Part shown: positions 17,251 to 28,129 of the stretch, in pieces
Numbering within the stretch: the first letter of the stretch is position 1
Layout of the letters: every line of letters starts with the position of its first letter
From: an uncultured delta proteobacterium
GTDB lineage: Bacteria > Myxococcota_A > UBA9160 > UBA4427
Direction: 5' to 3'
Length of the DNA stretch: 64,000 nucleotides
Assembly: GCA_963822965.1 (NCBI GenBank)
Contig: CAWGJT010000005.1
Coordinates: forward strand, 800,001 to 864,000
The notes under the pieces: generated by a model
Database searches by the model: none
Told to the model about the DNA's origin: nothing
What the model saw: only the letters and a program-made list of their open reading frames with translations
Translations under genes and position numbers: made by a program

Positions 17251-18705
17251 GTGAAGCGAATCGCCGCGCTCGCCGTCGCCGGCCTCGTCGCGCTCGTCGG
17301 CGTCGTGGTGTTTCGCACGGCGTCCGTGGGTCGCGCCCTCCCGCAGGTTCCTCCGGCTCCCGCCCGAGACGTCGACGTGGAGGGAGCCGCGGGCCGTCTC
17401 GCACGCGGGCTCGCCTTTCGCACGATCGCCCGAGGCGAAGGCCAGCCCGTGGAGGCGGACGCGTTCCTCGGGCTCCGCGCGCATCTCGAGCGGTCCTATC
17501 CGCGGGTCCACGCGAGCCTCGAGCGCGAGACCATCTCGCAGTACAGCCTCCTCTACACCTGGAAGGGAACGAGCCCGGGGCTCGAGCCCGGGCTCCTGAT
17601 GGCCCACCAGGACGTGGTGCCGGTCGACGCAGCCGGCTGGAAGCAGCCGCCCTTCTCGGGAGCCATCGTCGACGGGGAGATCTGGGGCCGCGGCGCGATC
17701 GACGACAAGGCCGCCCTGTTCGCGATCCTGGAGGCCGTGGAGACGCTGCTCGCCGAGGGCTTTCAGCCGGAGCGAACGATTCTCCTCTTCTTCGGCCACG
17801 ACGAGGAGACCGGCGGCGCGGAGGGCGCCGCCCGCGCCGCCGATCTGCTCGAGGCTCGCGGCGTCCGCCTGGCCTGGGTCCTGGACGAGGGCGGCTTCGT
17901 GGTGGAGGGCCTGCTGCCCGGCGTGGCGACGCCGATCGCGCTCGTCGGCGTCGCCGAGAAGGGCTCGCTCACGCTGGAGCTCGAGCTCGACGGCGCCGGC
18001 GGACACTCGTCGGTCCCGCCCCGTCATACCGCCATCGGCGTCCTGTCCGGCGCCCTCGCGCGCCTCGAGCGCAGCCCCATGCCCGGCGGCATCGACGACC
18101 TGACGCGCCACCTCCTCGAAGCGATCGCCCCGCAGCTGCCCCTCGGACCTCGCGTGGCGCTCGCGAACCTGTGGCTCTCGGGCAACTTCGTCGAGGCGGT
18201 GATGGCGGAGGATCCGGCCCTGGACGCCATGCAGCGCACGACGACCGCCGTCACCATGATCGAAGGAGGCGTGAAGACGAACGTGCTTCCGAGCCACGTC
18301 CAGGCGACGGTCAACTTCCGCCTCCGGCCGGGCGACACCGCCGATGCGGTTCGGGAGCACGTGCGAAGCGCGATCGACGACGAGCGCATCGCCATCGAGA
18401 CGGTGGGAGTACCGCACGAGGCGAGCCCGATCTCCCCGACCGACTCGCCGGCCTTCGGCCTCGTGGCGCGCACCATCGCCGAGGTGTTCCCCGGCGTGCC
18501 GGTCGTCCCCTACCTGATGGTGGCGGGCACCGACTCGCGCCACTTCTACGGGCTCACGCCGAACGTCTACCGCTTCAACCCGTTCCGCTTCGGGCCGGAG
18601 AGCCGCACCCTGCCTCACGGCACGAACGAGCGGCTGCCGGTCACCGCCCTCGGCGACGCGGTGCGCTTCTACGCGCGTCTGATCGAGAGCTCCGGACGGC
18701 CCTGA
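17251..18705 (+). CDS. M20 family peptidase (PM20D1/carboxypeptidase S-like)
   Basis: MAHQDVVP, WGRGAIDDK, GHDEE, LDEGG, GGHSS, AGTDSRH and HGTNER motifs. GTG start with a GGAGG RBS. Confidence 0.92.
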   Translation: MKRIAALAVAGLVALVGVVVFRTASVGRALPQVPPAPARDVDVEGAAGRLARGLAFRTIARGEGQPVEADAFLGLRAHLERSYPRVHASLERETISQYSLLYTWKGTSPGLEPGLLMAHQDVVPVDAAGWKQPPFSGAIVDGEIWGRGAIDDKAALFAILEAVETLLAEGFQPERTILLFFGHDEETGGAEGAARAADLLEARGVRLAWVLDEGGFVVEGLLPGVATPIALVGVAEKGSLTLELELDGAGGHSSVPPRHTAIGVLSGALARLERSPMPGGIDDLTRHLLEAIAPQLPLGPRVALANLWLSGNFVEAVMAEDPALDAMQRTTTAVTMIEGGVKTNVLPSHVQATVNFRLRPGDTADAVREHVRSAIDDERIAIETVGVPHEASPISPTDSPAFGLVARTIAEVFPGVPVVPYLMVAGTDSRHFYGLTPNVYRFNPFRFGPESRTLPHGTNERLPVTALGDAVRFYARLIESSGRP

Positions 18706-21700
18706 GCCTCGGTCGCTTGCGCGGCCGGCTCGGCACGTCCCCAGCGCCGCTTCAGGTCCTCGAGGATCAGGTATGCGCTGGGCACCATGAACAGCGAGAT
18801 CAGGGTCGCGAAGACCACGCCGAAGCCGAGGGACGTGGCCATGGGCTTGAGGAAGCCCGCGGACACGCTGCCCTCGAGGAGCAGCGGCGTGAGGCCCGCG
18901 AAGGTGGTGATCGAGGTCAGCACGATGGGGCGGAAGCGCGCGACACCGGCCTGGCGCACGGCGTCCACCAGGGGCTCACCCTCCTCGCGCTTCTGGTTCA
19001 CGTAGTGGACCAGCACCAGGCTCGAGTTGACCACCACACCCGAGAGGGCGACCACCCCGAAGACCGACATCATGCTGAGGTTCATCCCGAGCAGCAGGTG
19101 CCCCAGGATCGCTCCCACGACGCCGAAGGGGATGACCGCCATGATGAGCAGGGGCTGGCTGTACGAGCGCAGGGGCACCGCCAGCAGCGCGTACACCATG
19201 ACGAGGGCGAACAGGTAGTTCCGGACCAGCGCGCCCAGGGCCTCCGACTGCTCCTTCTGCTCGCCCTCCAGGCTGAAGCTCAGCCCCGGGTGGTCGCGGA
19301 CGAGCTGCAGGAGGAATCCCTTGGTCAGGTCGGCCAGGATCTGGTTCGCGTTGCCCTGGGTGAGATCGACGTCGGCGGTGACGTCGATGACGCGCTCCCG
19401 ATTCGCGCGCCTGATGGTCGAGTAGCCGACACCGGCGGAGGCGCGCGCCACCGCATAGAAGGGCACTTCGCCGCCGTCCGGCGTGCGGATGCGCAGGTTG
19501 TCCAGGTCCGTGAGGGAGCGCCGCTGGTCCTCGGGGTAGCGCACCATCACGCGGACGTCGTCGCGCCCGCGCTGGATGCGCTGGGCCTCGGCGCCGTAGA
19601 AGGCCTGCCGCACCTGGCTGGCGAGGTCGTCCAGCGTGAGCCCCAACGTCTCCGCGGCGGGCAGGATGTCGAGCTGGATCTCGTCCTTGCCGCCCTGGAA
19701 CGAGTCGCCGATGTCGAAGACGCCGGGATACTCGGCGAGCCGGGTCTTGAGCTCCTCCGCCGCCACCTCCAGCTGCTCGACGTTGGACGACTGGAGCTGC
19801 ACGTCGATGGGATCGCCCACCGAGAAGAGCGCCGACGTGAAGACGAGCTCGTCGACGTCGGGAATGGCCGGCGTCTCGTCCCGCCAGCGCTGCACCACCA
19901 TCGACGACTTCAGCGGCCGCACGTCCCCGCCCACCAGCTCCATGGTCACCTCACCCAGGTGCGAGGCCGCCGAGACGACACCTGGTCTCCCGGGGTTGCC
20001 GCCCGTCGACGGCTGCTCGCCCACGGACGTGAGGATGTGCTTGACGACGGAATGCCCCTCCACGCGATACTCGAGGTCGAGCTGGTCCTTCACCCGTCTC
20101 GCCGCCGCCTCTACCTGGCGCACCGCCGCCTCGGTCATCTCCACCGGCGTTCCCGGAGGCATCGTGAGGCGCGCCGTCACGTAGTCCGCGTCGATGGGCG
20201 GAAAGAACGAGAACGTGAGCAGGCCGGCGCGGATCACCCCGCCGACCACCAGCAGCAGCGCGATGGCCACGGCGAGGGTCGTGTAGCGCCACTCGAGAGC
20301 GCGCTCGAGGGCCGGCCGGTAGCCGTTCTCGGCCAGCCGCTCGAGACTCGTCGAGCAGGCGCGCTGAAAGCGCTGCCAACGCGCCTTGACTCCGCCGCCA
20401 GCGACCTCCCGGCTGCGGGGCTGGATCTTCATGTGTCCCAGGTGGGCGGGCAGCACGAGCTGTGACTCGATCAACGAGAAGAGCAGGCAGCAGATGGTGA
20501 CGGTGCCGATCGTCCCGAAGATCTGCCCCATGACGCCGGGCGCCTGGATCATGGGCACGAAGGCCGCCACCGTGGTGAGCACACCGAAGATGACCGGGAT
20601 CGCCACCTCCTGGGCGCCGGCGATGGCGGCGGCGAGCGGCGCCTCGGCGCTCTCCTGGTGCCGGTGCACGTTCTCGCCGATCACGATGGCGTCGTCGACG
20701 AGCAGGCCGAGCACGAGGATGAACGCGAAGAGGCTGATCACGTCGATGGAGATGTCGAGGGCCGGAAACAGCGCCAGCGCGCCCAGGATCGAGATCGGCA
20801 CCCCGAGCGAGACCCACAGCGCCAGGCGCAGCCGCAGAAAGAGCGCGAGCACGATGAAGACCAGCACGAATCCGCCGCGGCCGTTCCGCACCAGGATGTC
20901 CAGACGGTCGCGCAGGGCCTGGGAGCCGTCCTGCCACACCGTGGCGGAGATGCCCTCGGGCAGCCGCGCTCCCGCCTCCTGTACGTAGGCCTTCACGCGG
21001 TCGGCGAGGTCGAGCACGCGCTGCTCGCCCACGCGGTACACCTTGACGAGCACCGCGGGCGCCCCGTCGAAGCTCGCGATCCGCTTGTCCTCCTCGAAGC
21101 CGTCCACCACGTTGGCGACCTCGCCGAGCAGGAGCCGCGTGCCGTCGTCGCGCGTGAGCACCACCAGCTGCTCGAAGTCCTCCTTGACGTAGGCTTGCCC
21201 CTTCGTGCGCAGGAGCACCTCGCCGGCTTCGGTCTTGATCGATCCGCCCGGGCGGTCGAGGGAGCCGCGCCGCACCGTGTCCACGATCTGCGCGAAGGTG
21301 AGACCGTGCCGGCGGAGGGATTCCTCGGGCACCTCCACCGAGATCTCGTACTCCCTGGCGTTGGCGAGCTCCACCTGGGTGACGCCCGGCAAGGACGCCA
21401 GCTCGTCCCGGAGGCGCTCCCCCAGCACCTTCAGCGTGTCCTCGGAAGCCTCTCCCGAGAGCGCGATCTGCACCGCGTTGCGCTTGATGGTGACGTGATT
21501 GATGACGGGTCTCTCGGTCTCCTCCGGGAAGGTCGAGATGGCGTCGACGGCGTTCTTGATCTCGCTGAGGGCGCGGTCCACCGGATAGCCGTCGATCAGC
21601 TCGGCGGTGACTCCGCAAGCGCCCTCGGCGGCGGAGGAGGTGATCTCCTCGATCCCCTCGATGCCGTAGATCTCCTCCTCGATGCGGACGCAGACGCCCT

Positions 21701-21884
21701 CCTCCACCTCCTCGGGGGCGGCGCCGAGGTAGGGCACGCCGATCTGGACCCTGTCGATGTCGATGTCGGGGAAGGTCTTCTGCTGGATCGAAGGCAGGGC
21801 AACGAGGCCCGCCACGACCACCAGCACCATCAGCAGGTTCGCGGCCACGTGGTTCTCGGCGAACCAGGCGATGGCTCGGGTCAC
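18669..21884 (-). CDS. RND efflux transporter permease (AcrB family)
   Basis: 1071 aa with LGLLVDDAIVIGEN and RFRPIVLTSITT motifs. Confidence 0.95.
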   Translation of the reverse strand: MTRAIAWFAENHVAANLLMVLVVVAGLVALPSIQQKTFPDIDIDRVQIGVPYLGAAPEEVEEGVCVRIEEEIYGIEGIEEITSSAAEGACGVTAELIDGYPVDRALSEIKNAVDAISTFPEETERPVINHVTIKRNAVQIALSGEASEDTLKVLGERLRDELASLPGVTQVELANAREYEISVEVPEESLRRHGLTFAQIVDTVRRGSLDRPGGSIKTEAGEVLLRTKGQAYVKEDFEQLVVLTRDDGTRLLLGEVANVVDGFEEDKRIASFDGAPAVLVKVYRVGEQRVLDLADRVKAYVQEAGARLPEGISATVWQDGSQALRDRLDILVRNGRGGFVLVFIVLALFLRLRLALWVSLGVPISILGALALFPALDISIDVISLFAFILVLGLLVDDAIVIGENVHRHQESAEAPLAAAIAGAQEVAIPVIFGVLTTVAAFVPMIQAPGVMGQIFGTIGTVTICCLLFSLIESQLVLPAHLGHMKIQPRSREVAGGGVKARWQRFQRACSTSLERLAENGYRPALERALEWRYTTLAVAIALLLVVGGVIRAGLLTFSFFPPIDADYVTARLTMPPGTPVEMTEAAVRQVEAAARRVKDQLDLEYRVEGHSVVKHILTSVGEQPSTGGNPGRPGVVSAASHLGEVTMELVGGDVRPLKSSMVVQRWRDETPAIPDVDELVFTSALFSVGDPIDVQLQSSNVEQLEVAAEELKTRLAEYPGVFDIGDSFQGGKDEIQLDILPAAETLGLTLDDLASQVRQAFYGAEAQRIQRGRDDVRVMVRYPEDQRRSLTDLDNLRIRTPDGGEVPFYAVARASAGVGYSTIRRANRERVIDVTADVDLTQGNANQILADLTKGFLLQLVRDHPGLSFSLEGEQKEQSEALGALVRNYLFALVMVYALLAVPLRSYSQPLLIMAVIPFGVVGAILGHLLLGMNLSMMSVFGVVALSGVVVNSSLVLVHYVNQKREEGEPLVDAVRQAGVARFRPIVLTSITTFAGLTPLLLEGSVSAGFLKPMATSLGFGVVFATLISLFMVPSAYLILEDLKRRWGRAEPAAQATEAQGRPELSIRRA

Positions 21885-23143
21885 GAGCCCGCCCCGGCCA
21901 GCCCGGGAGCAGCCTCCGCTTCCCCGACGACGCGCACGCGCATTCCGTTGGTCACCGCGCGCAGCGGCGAGATGCAGATGCGCTCGCCCGGCTCGAGACC
22001 GGCGCCGACGATCACGCGCTCGTGCTCGGTGCGCAGCACGTCGACCCGTCGGAAGCGAAGCCGCGATTCCGCGTCCACGACGAGCACCTCGTCGCTGTCG
22101 CCGTCGCGAGCCCGGTGCAGGACGCTGCGGGGCAGCACGAAGGCGTCCTCCACCACGCGTCCGGCGATCTCCGCCTCGACGAAGAGTCCCACCGCCAGGG
22201 GCGGCCGGTCGGGCGTGGCGCCGACCCCGTACGGGTCCTCCACGCGCGCCACCACCTGCACCATGCGGCTCTTCGGATCGATCTCGCCCTCGGTCCGCAC
22301 GATGTGCCCCTGCCAGGCGTGACGCCGGCCGGCGAACTCCGCGCGCAGGGTGACGGCGGGCCCGGCCTCGGGCTCCTCGGCTTCCGCCGCGCCCGCCGAC
22401 TGCGGGGAGGCCTCCGGGTCGCCCGCTTCCGTCGCGCGTCTCGCCAGGGAGATGTCGAGGTAGGCGAGCTCACGGTCGGGCAGGGGCAGGCGCACCTCGG
22501 CGTAGTCCACCGCGTAGAGCTTCGCGAGGGGCACGCCCCGGCTCGCGAACTGCCCGTCGTCCACCTGCTCCTGGCGAACACGCCCGTCGTAGGGCGCCTG
22601 CAGCTCGGTGCGTTCGAGGTCGCGCTCCGCCATCTCGAGCTGGGCACGCCGCTCGCGCAGGGTCGCCTCCGCCACCCGGTAGGCGTTCTCCGCGTCGTCG
22701 ATGTTCGCCTGGCTCGCCACGGAGCGATCCGCCAGCCGGCGCTGGCGATCCCGCTCCTTCTTGGCGCGGGCGTTCTCGCTCTCGGCGCGGGCGACGTTGG
22801 CGCGGGCGCTCTCGCGAGCCGCCTCGTAGTCGGCGGGATCGATGCGCACCAGCGGCTGCCCGGCCTCGAAGAAGCCGCCGGCCACGAGATCCGGCGACAC
22901 CCACACGACCTCGCCCGACACCTGGGGCACCAGGTCGCTCTCCCGGCGCGGGACCACCGTCCCCTGGGTCTGCACGAGGAACTGGAACCCGCTGGGCTGC
23001 GCGACCACGGTGCGGACGAGCGGCGCGCTCGCCTCGGGCGGCTTCGGCTGGATGGGCTCGCGCGTGGCGACCAGGACGACGACGGCGAAGACGGCCAGCG
23101 CCAGGACGCCGACGGGAGCGAGCTGCTTGGGGCCGAGCTTCAT
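21881..23143 (-). CDS. RND periplasmic adaptor (MFP)
   Basis: N-terminal TM, PQVSGEV, LERTELQAPYDG and GLEPGE motifs. Overlaps the start of the RND gene. Confidence 0.92.
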   Translation of the reverse strand: MKLGPKQLAPVGVLALAVFAVVVLVATREPIQPKPPEASAPLVRTVVAQPSGFQFLVQTQGTVVPRRESDLVPQVSGEVVWVSPDLVAGGFFEAGQPLVRIDPADYEAARESARANVARAESENARAKKERDRQRRLADRSVASQANIDDAENAYRVAEATLRERRAQLEMAERDLERTELQAPYDGRVRQEQVDDGQFASRGVPLAKLYAVDYAEVRLPLPDRELAYLDISLARRATEAGDPEASPQSAGAAEAEEPEAGPAVTLRAEFAGRRHAWQGHIVRTEGEIDPKSRMVQVVARVEDPYGVGATPDRPPLAVGLFVEAEIAGRVVEDAFVLPRSVLHRARDGDSDEVLVVDAESRLRFRRVDVLRTEHERVIVGAGLEPGERICISPLRAVTNGMRVRVVGEAEAAPGLAGAGS

Positions 23144-23931
23144 CGCACGGTCCCCCTGCCGGACGCCCCGGGGTCCGGCGCTCCCGGCGGCTCCGCCGAG
23201 GACCCGTGGGCCACGCGAGGCAGGTCCTGCAGCCCCGCGGCCGCGTAGCGGATCATCCGCGCGAGCAGCTCCTCGTTGGGCGGGAGCATCCCACCGCCCA
23301 CCCGGTGCGAGTGCACGTCCATCTGGCCGGCGATCACGTGGACCATCATGCCGATGGTGAACTCGAAGGCCATCTCGACCTGCAGGGGATCGCGGTCCGG
23401 GAGCGCTCGCTGCAGGGCGCTCACGAATCGGTCGACCACCGGACCGAAGTGCTCCTGCTTGAGCCCGGAGACGACGTCCGGCGGATCGGAGAAGAGGCGT
23501 GCGGCGAGCTGGCGGTAGCGCGTGCGTCCCAGGGCCGAGTCGTCGCGCAGCTCGATGGCGGGGCGCAGGAAGGCGTCGAGCACGGCGTGAAGTGCGAGCC
23601 CCGCGCTGCCGGCTCCCTGCTCCAGGGCGCCGAGCCGCTCGAGGCGGGCGCGGTTGACGGGGCGGATCACGCGCCCCAGGGTCTCCCGCAGCAGGGCCTC
23701 CTTCGACCCGAAGTGGTAGTTGGCCGCCGACACGCTCACGCCCGCCGTCCGGGTCACGGCGCGCATGGACGTTCCGGAGAACCCGCGCTCCGCGAAGAGC
23801 CGCTCGGCGGCGTCGAGCAGCCGGCTCTTCGTCTCGGCCGCGTCCCGGCCGCCGGTACTGCCGGAAACAGAAGAGCGTTCGTCGCGAGCCGCCGGGGCGG
23901 GCGCCTCGGCCGACAGGGGGTCGCTTGCCAA
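23140..23931 (-). CDS. TetR family transcriptional regulator (PsrA-like)
   Basis: TKSRLLDAAERLFAERGFSGTSMRAVT...NYHFGSKEAL. The start is taken as the TTG at 23931 (AGGA upstream) and is uncertain. Confidence 0.9.
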   Translation of the reverse strand: MASDPLSAEAPAPAARDERSSVSGSTGGRDAAETKSRLLDAAERLFAERGFSGTSMRAVTRTAGVSVSAANYHFGSKEALLRETLGRVIRPVNRARLERLGALEQGAGSAGLALHAVLDAFLRPAIELRDDSALGRTRYRQLAARLFSDPPDVVSGLKQEHFGPVVDRFVSALQRALPDRDPLQVEMAFEFTIGMMVHVIAGQMDVHSHRVGGGMLPPNEELLARMIRYAAAGLQDLPRVAHGSSAEPPGAPDPGASGRGTVR

Positions 23932-23966
23932 GGTGGGTTCCTGGAGGGCCTGGGGGTGTGAGAGCC

Positions 23967-24003
23967 GGATCCGAACGATCGTTCGAAACATACGTTCGGA
24001 TCC
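23967..24003. promoter_or_regulatory. Tandem palindromic TetR operator (PsrA-box-like)
   Basis: GGATCCGAACGATCGTTCGAAACATACGTTCGGATCC has an 11-bp outer inverted repeat and an internal perfect palindrome CGAACGATCGTTCG. It sits between the divergent tetR and oxidoreductase genes. Confidence 0.7.
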
Positions 24004-24100
24004 AGGATGCGGCAACCTGGGGATGCGGGCCGGCGGGGGGCCTCCGTCGCCCCGGGAAGCCCGGGCCAGAGCCGGGCCGGAGCAGCCGAGAGGAGCAGGC

Positions 24101-25123
24101 ATGCAGCGCCAGATGCGAGCATGGCGCGTCCACGGGCTGGGCGAGCCAGGCGAGGTGCTGCGGCTCGAGACCGCCCCGGTCCCCGAGCCGGGCCCGGGCC
24201 AGGTGCGCATCCGGGTGACGACCGCCGCCCTCAACTGGAGCGACGATCTCGTCTGCCGCGGGCGCTACCAGGTGAAGCCCGACCTGCCCTTCTCGCCCGG
24301 CATGGAGGCCACGGGCCGGATCGACGCGCTGGGCCCGGGTGTGGCGCCGGACGGCGCCTGCAAGCCTGGCCGGCGGGTGCTGGCGGCCATGGCCCTGCCC
24401 CACGGCGCCCTGGCCGAGTACGCGATCGCGAACGTCGAGAACGTCTATCCCGTCACCGATGCCGTCGGCGAGGTCCAGGCGGCCGGGCTCCTCATCCCGT
24501 ATCAGACGACCCACCTCGCCCTCCACCGCCGCGCGCGGCTCCAGCCGGGCGAGACCCTGCTCGTCCACGCGGGCGCGGGCGGGATGGGCTCGGCGGCCAT
24601 CCAGCTCGGGGTGGCGGCCGGCGCCCGGGTCTTCGCGACGGCCGGCGGTCGCGAGAAGACGGACCTGTGCCGGAAGCTCGGCGCGGAGATCGCCATCGAC
24701 TACCGGAGCGAGGACTTCGTGGAGGTGGTGAACCGGGAGACCGGCGGGCGCGGCGCCGACGTCATCTACGACAGCGTCGGCGGGGACACCTTCGACCGCT
24801 CGCGCAAGTGCATCGCCTTCGAGGGACGGATCCTGGTGATCGGCTTCTCGAGCGGACGCATCGCGCAGCTTCCCACCAACCACGTGCTGGTCAAGAACTA
24901 CTCGGTGGTGGGCGTATACCCGGCCCGCTACGCGCAGCTCGACCGACCGCTCCTCGATCGGGTCCATGACGAGCTGCTGCGCCTGCTCGAGACGGGCGCC
25001 ATCGATCCGCTCGTCCGTCTCGAGGTGCCCCTCGAAGGAGCGGCCCAGGCGATCCGCAGCCTCACCGACCGGAAGACCGTGGGCAAGGTGGTGGTGCAGG
25101 TGGCACCTCGGACCGGCGTTTGA
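24101..25123 (+). CDS. NADPH:quinone oxidoreductase (zeta-crystallin/MDR family)
   Basis: PFSPGME, LLVHAGAGGMGSAAIQL, GADVIYDSVGG and GKVVV motifs. Confidence 0.92.
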   Translation: MQRQMRAWRVHGLGEPGEVLRLETAPVPEPGPGQVRIRVTTAALNWSDDLVCRGRYQVKPDLPFSPGMEATGRIDALGPGVAPDGACKPGRRVLAAMALPHGALAEYAIANVENVYPVTDAVGEVQAAGLLIPYQTTHLALHRRARLQPGETLLVHAGAGGMGSAAIQLGVAAGARVFATAGGREKTDLCRKLGAEIAIDYRSEDFVEVVNRETGGRGADVIYDSVGGDTFDRSRKCIAFEGRILVIGFSSGRIAQLPTNHVLVKNYSVVGVYPARYAQLDRPLLDRVHDELLRLLETGAIDPLVRLEVPLEGAAQAIRSLTDRKTVGKVVVQVAPRTGV

Positions 25124-25195
25124 TTTTTCGGGCGGCGGACGCTCCCCACGGCCGGCAAGTGACGGTGCGGCCACCGCCGTCTACCCTGTGGCGCC

Positions 25196-28129
25196 ATGAC
25201 GGGTGACGGCACACGGGAAGCGGGGCAGAGCGTTTCAGGGGCCGATGCGGGCGCCGGCCGGTCGGTGCTCGATCCGACGGACACGTTCGCGCGGCGGCAC
25301 ATCGGGCCCGACGAGGCCGAGGTCGCCTCCATGCTCGAGGCGCTGGGCTACGCGTCCCTGGACGACCTGGCGGACGCCGCGATTCCGGCCTCCATCCGCT
25401 CGAAGTCGTTCGGCCTCACGCCGCTGCCGGGCCAGCCGAGCCGCCCGCTCGGCGAGTTCGAGCTGCTCGACCATCTGCGCGCCATGGCGGAGGAGAACCA
25501 GGTCTTCCGCTCCTGCATCGGCATGGGCTACTCGGACGTGATCCTCCCCGGCGTCATCCAGCGCAACATCCTCGAGAACCCGGGCTGGTACACCCAGTAC
25601 ACCCCCTACCAGGCGGAGATCTCCCAGGGGCGGCTCGAGGCGCTGCTGAACTTCCAGACCGCGGTGGCCGACCTCACCGGGCTTCCCCTGGCGAACGCGT
25701 CGCTCCTCGACGAGGCCACCGCCGCCGCCGAGGCCATGGGCATGTGCCACGCCATCGCGCGCGGCGACAAGCCCGGCTTCTTCGTCGCCGACGACTGTCA
25801 CCCGCAGACGATCTCCGTCGTCCGAACCCGCGGCGCGTCCCTGGGCATGCGGGTGCAGGTCGGAGCCCCCGACGCCGTCGACTTCTCGTCCGGTGATCTG
25901 TGCGGCGTCCTGCTGCAGTACCCCACCAGCGACGGTCGCATCGTCGACCCGCGTCCCACCATCGAAGCGGCCCACGCGGCGGGCGTCACGGTGGTGATGG
26001 CCGCCGACCTGCTGGCCCTCACCCTGATCACGCCACCCGGCGAGCTCGGGGCGGACATCGCCGTGGGCTCGACCCAGCGCTTCGGCGTTCCCATGGGCTA
26101 CGGCGGCCCCCACGCGGCCTATCTCTCCACCCGGAACGAGCACGCGCGCAAGCTGCCGGGTCGCCTGGTGGGGGTCTCCCGGGACGCCCAGGGACACACC
26201 GCCTACCGGCTGGCGATCCAGACCCGGGAGCAGCACATCCGCCGGGACAAGGCGACGAGCAACATCTGTACCGCCCAGGTGCTGCTGGCGATCCTGGCCA
26301 GCATGTACGCGGTCTACCACGGGCCGGAGGGACTCCGGGCCATCGCGCGCCGGATCCACGCGTTGACCGCGGCCCTGGCGGCCGGCCTGCGGCGTCTCGG
26401 GCACGACCCGGGCGAGGCGCCCTTCTTCGACACTCTTCGCGTGCGGCCGAACGGCATCCAGGCGGACGTCGTCCACGCGGCCGCGCAGGATCGCTGTATC
26501 AACCTGCGGCGCTACGGGGACGGCAGCGTGGGGATCGCCCTCGACGAGACCAGCACGCCCGAAGACGTGCTGGACCTGCTCGAGTGCTTCAGCGAGGACG
26601 ACGCCGTGGGTGTCTCCGTCGAGGAGCTCGCCGCCGAGGGCACGCTCGAATACCGCGAGCCCCTCGCCCGTCGCAGCGAGTTCCTCACGCATCCGGTCTT
26701 CCACGCCTACCAGTCGGAGACGGAGATGCTCCGCTACATCCACCGCCTGGAGGCGCGCGACCTCGCCCTGAACACCTCCATGATCCCGCTGGGGTCGTGC
26801 ACGATGAAGCTCAACGCCACCACCGAGATGGTGCCGGTCACCTGGCCCACCTTCGGCCGCATGCATCCCTACGCGCCGGCCGACCAGGCCGAGGGCTACT
26901 TCCTGCTGCTGCGACAGCTCGAGACCTGGCTGAGCGAGATCACGGGCCTGCCGGCGGTCTCCCTGCAGCCCAACGCGGGCTCCCAGGGCGAATACGCGGG
27001 ACTGCTCGCCATCCGTCGCTATCACGAGAGCCGCGGCGAGGGCGAGCGCCGCATCTGTCTCATCCCGGTGTCGGCGCACGGCACGAACGCCGCCAGCGCG
27101 GTGATCGCCGGCATGCGCTGTGTCGCGGTGGCGTGCGACGAGCGCGGCAACGTCGACCACGAGGACCTGGCGAAGTGCATCGACGAGCACCGCGAAAAGC
27201 TCTCGGCCCTCATGATCACCTACCCCTCGACCCACGGGGTCTTCGAGGAGGGGGTCCGCGACGTCTGCCGCATGGTCCACGAGGCGGGAGGCCAGGTGTA
27301 TCTGGACGGCGCGAACATGAACGCGCAGGTCGGCCTCACCTCGCCCGCCGAGATCGGCGCCGACGTGTGCCACCTGAACCTGCACAAGACCTTCGCGATC
27401 CCCCACGGCGGGGGCGGACCGGGCATGGGGCCGATCGCGGCGGCGGAGCACCTGCGCCCCTTCCTTCCGGGTCATCCGCTCGAAGGCGAGGGTGCCGTCT
27501 CCGCAGCCCCGTACGGCAGTCCGAGCATCCTGCCCATCAGCTGGAGCTACATCGCGCTGATGGGTGCCGAGGGCCTGACGCGCGCGTCCCAGGTGGCGAT
27601 CCTGAGCGCCAACTACATGGCCCGGCGGCTCTCTCCCCACTACGACGTTCTGTACACGGGGCCCAGCGGCCTGGTGGCCCATGAGTTCATCATCGACTGT
27701 CGCCCCTTCGAGAAGAGCGCCGGGGTGAGCGTCGAGGACATCGCGAAGCGCCTGATGGACTACGGGTTCCACTCCCCCACCATGAGCTTCCCGGTGGCCG
27801 GCACCTTGATGATCGAGCCGACGGAGAGCGAGTCGAAGGCGGAGCTCGACCGCCTGTGCGACGCCCTGGTCGGCATCCGCGCCGAGATCCGCGCCATCGA
27901 GGAGGGAGAGGCCGACGCCCAGGACAACCCCCTGAAGCACGCGCCACACACGGCCGCGGTGGTGACCCACGACGATTGGCCCCACGCCTACTCGCGGGAA
28001 TTGGCCGCTTGGCCCGCCCCCTGGCTGCGGCACCATAAGTTCTGGCCGCCCGTCTCACGCATCGACAACCCCTACGGCGACCGGCACCTGGTCTGCTCGT
28101 GTCCACCGCTTCAAGACCTCCTCGGCTGA
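25196..28129 (+). CDS. gcvP: Glycine dehydrogenase (decarboxylating), glycine cleavage P protein
   Basis: [46 protein letters not shown] and PLP motif HLNLHKTF. Confidence 0.98.
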   Translation: MTGDGTREAGQSVSGADAGAGRSVLDPTDTFARRHIGPDEAEVASMLEALGYASLDDLADAAIPASIRSKSFGLTPLPGQPSRPLGEFELLDHLRAMAEENQVFRSCIGMGYSDVILPGVIQRNILENPGWYTQYTPYQAEISQGRLEALLNFQTAVADLTGLPLANASLLDEATAAAEAMGMCHAIARGDKPGFFVADDCHPQTISVVRTRGASLGMRVQVGAPDAVDFSSGDLCGVLLQYPTSDGRIVDPRPTIEAAHAAGVTVVMAADLLALTLITPPGELGADIAVGSTQRFGVPMGYGGPHAAYLSTRNEHARKLPGRLVGVSRDAQGHTAYRLAIQTREQHIRRDKATSNICTAQVLLAILASMYAVYHGPEGLRAIARRIHALTAALAAGLRRLGHDPGEAPFFDTLRVRPNGIQADVVHAAAQDRCINLRRYGDGSVGIALDETSTPEDVLDLLECFSEDDAVGVSVEELAAEGTLEYREPLARRSEFLTHPVFHAYQSETEMLRYIHRLEARDLALNTSMIPLGSCTMKLNATTEMVPVTWPTFGRMHPYAPADQAEGYFLLLRQLETWLSEITGLPAVSLQPNAGSQGEYAGLLAIRRYHESRGEGERRICLIPVSAHGTNAASAVIAGMRCVAVACDERGNVDHEDLAKCIDEHREKLSALMITYPSTHGVFEEGVRDVCRMVHEAGGQVYLDGANMNAQVGLTSPAEIGADVCHLNLHKTFAIPHGGGGPGMGPIAAAEHLRPFLPGHPLEGEGAVSAAPYGSPSILPISWSYIALMGAEGLTRASQVAILSANYMARRLSPHYDVLYTGPSGLVAHEFIIDCRPFEKSAGVSVEDIAKRLMDYGFHSPTMSFPVAGTLMIEPTESESKAELDRLCDALVGIRAEIRAIEEGEADAQDNPLKHAPHTAAVVTHDDWPHAYSRELAAWPAPWLRHHKFWPPVSRIDNPYGDRHLVCSCPPLQDLLG

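Noticed and set aside
25124..25195. Glycine riboswitch before gcvP
   Set aside because: The intergenic gap is only about 70 bp and lacks the aptamer motifs.
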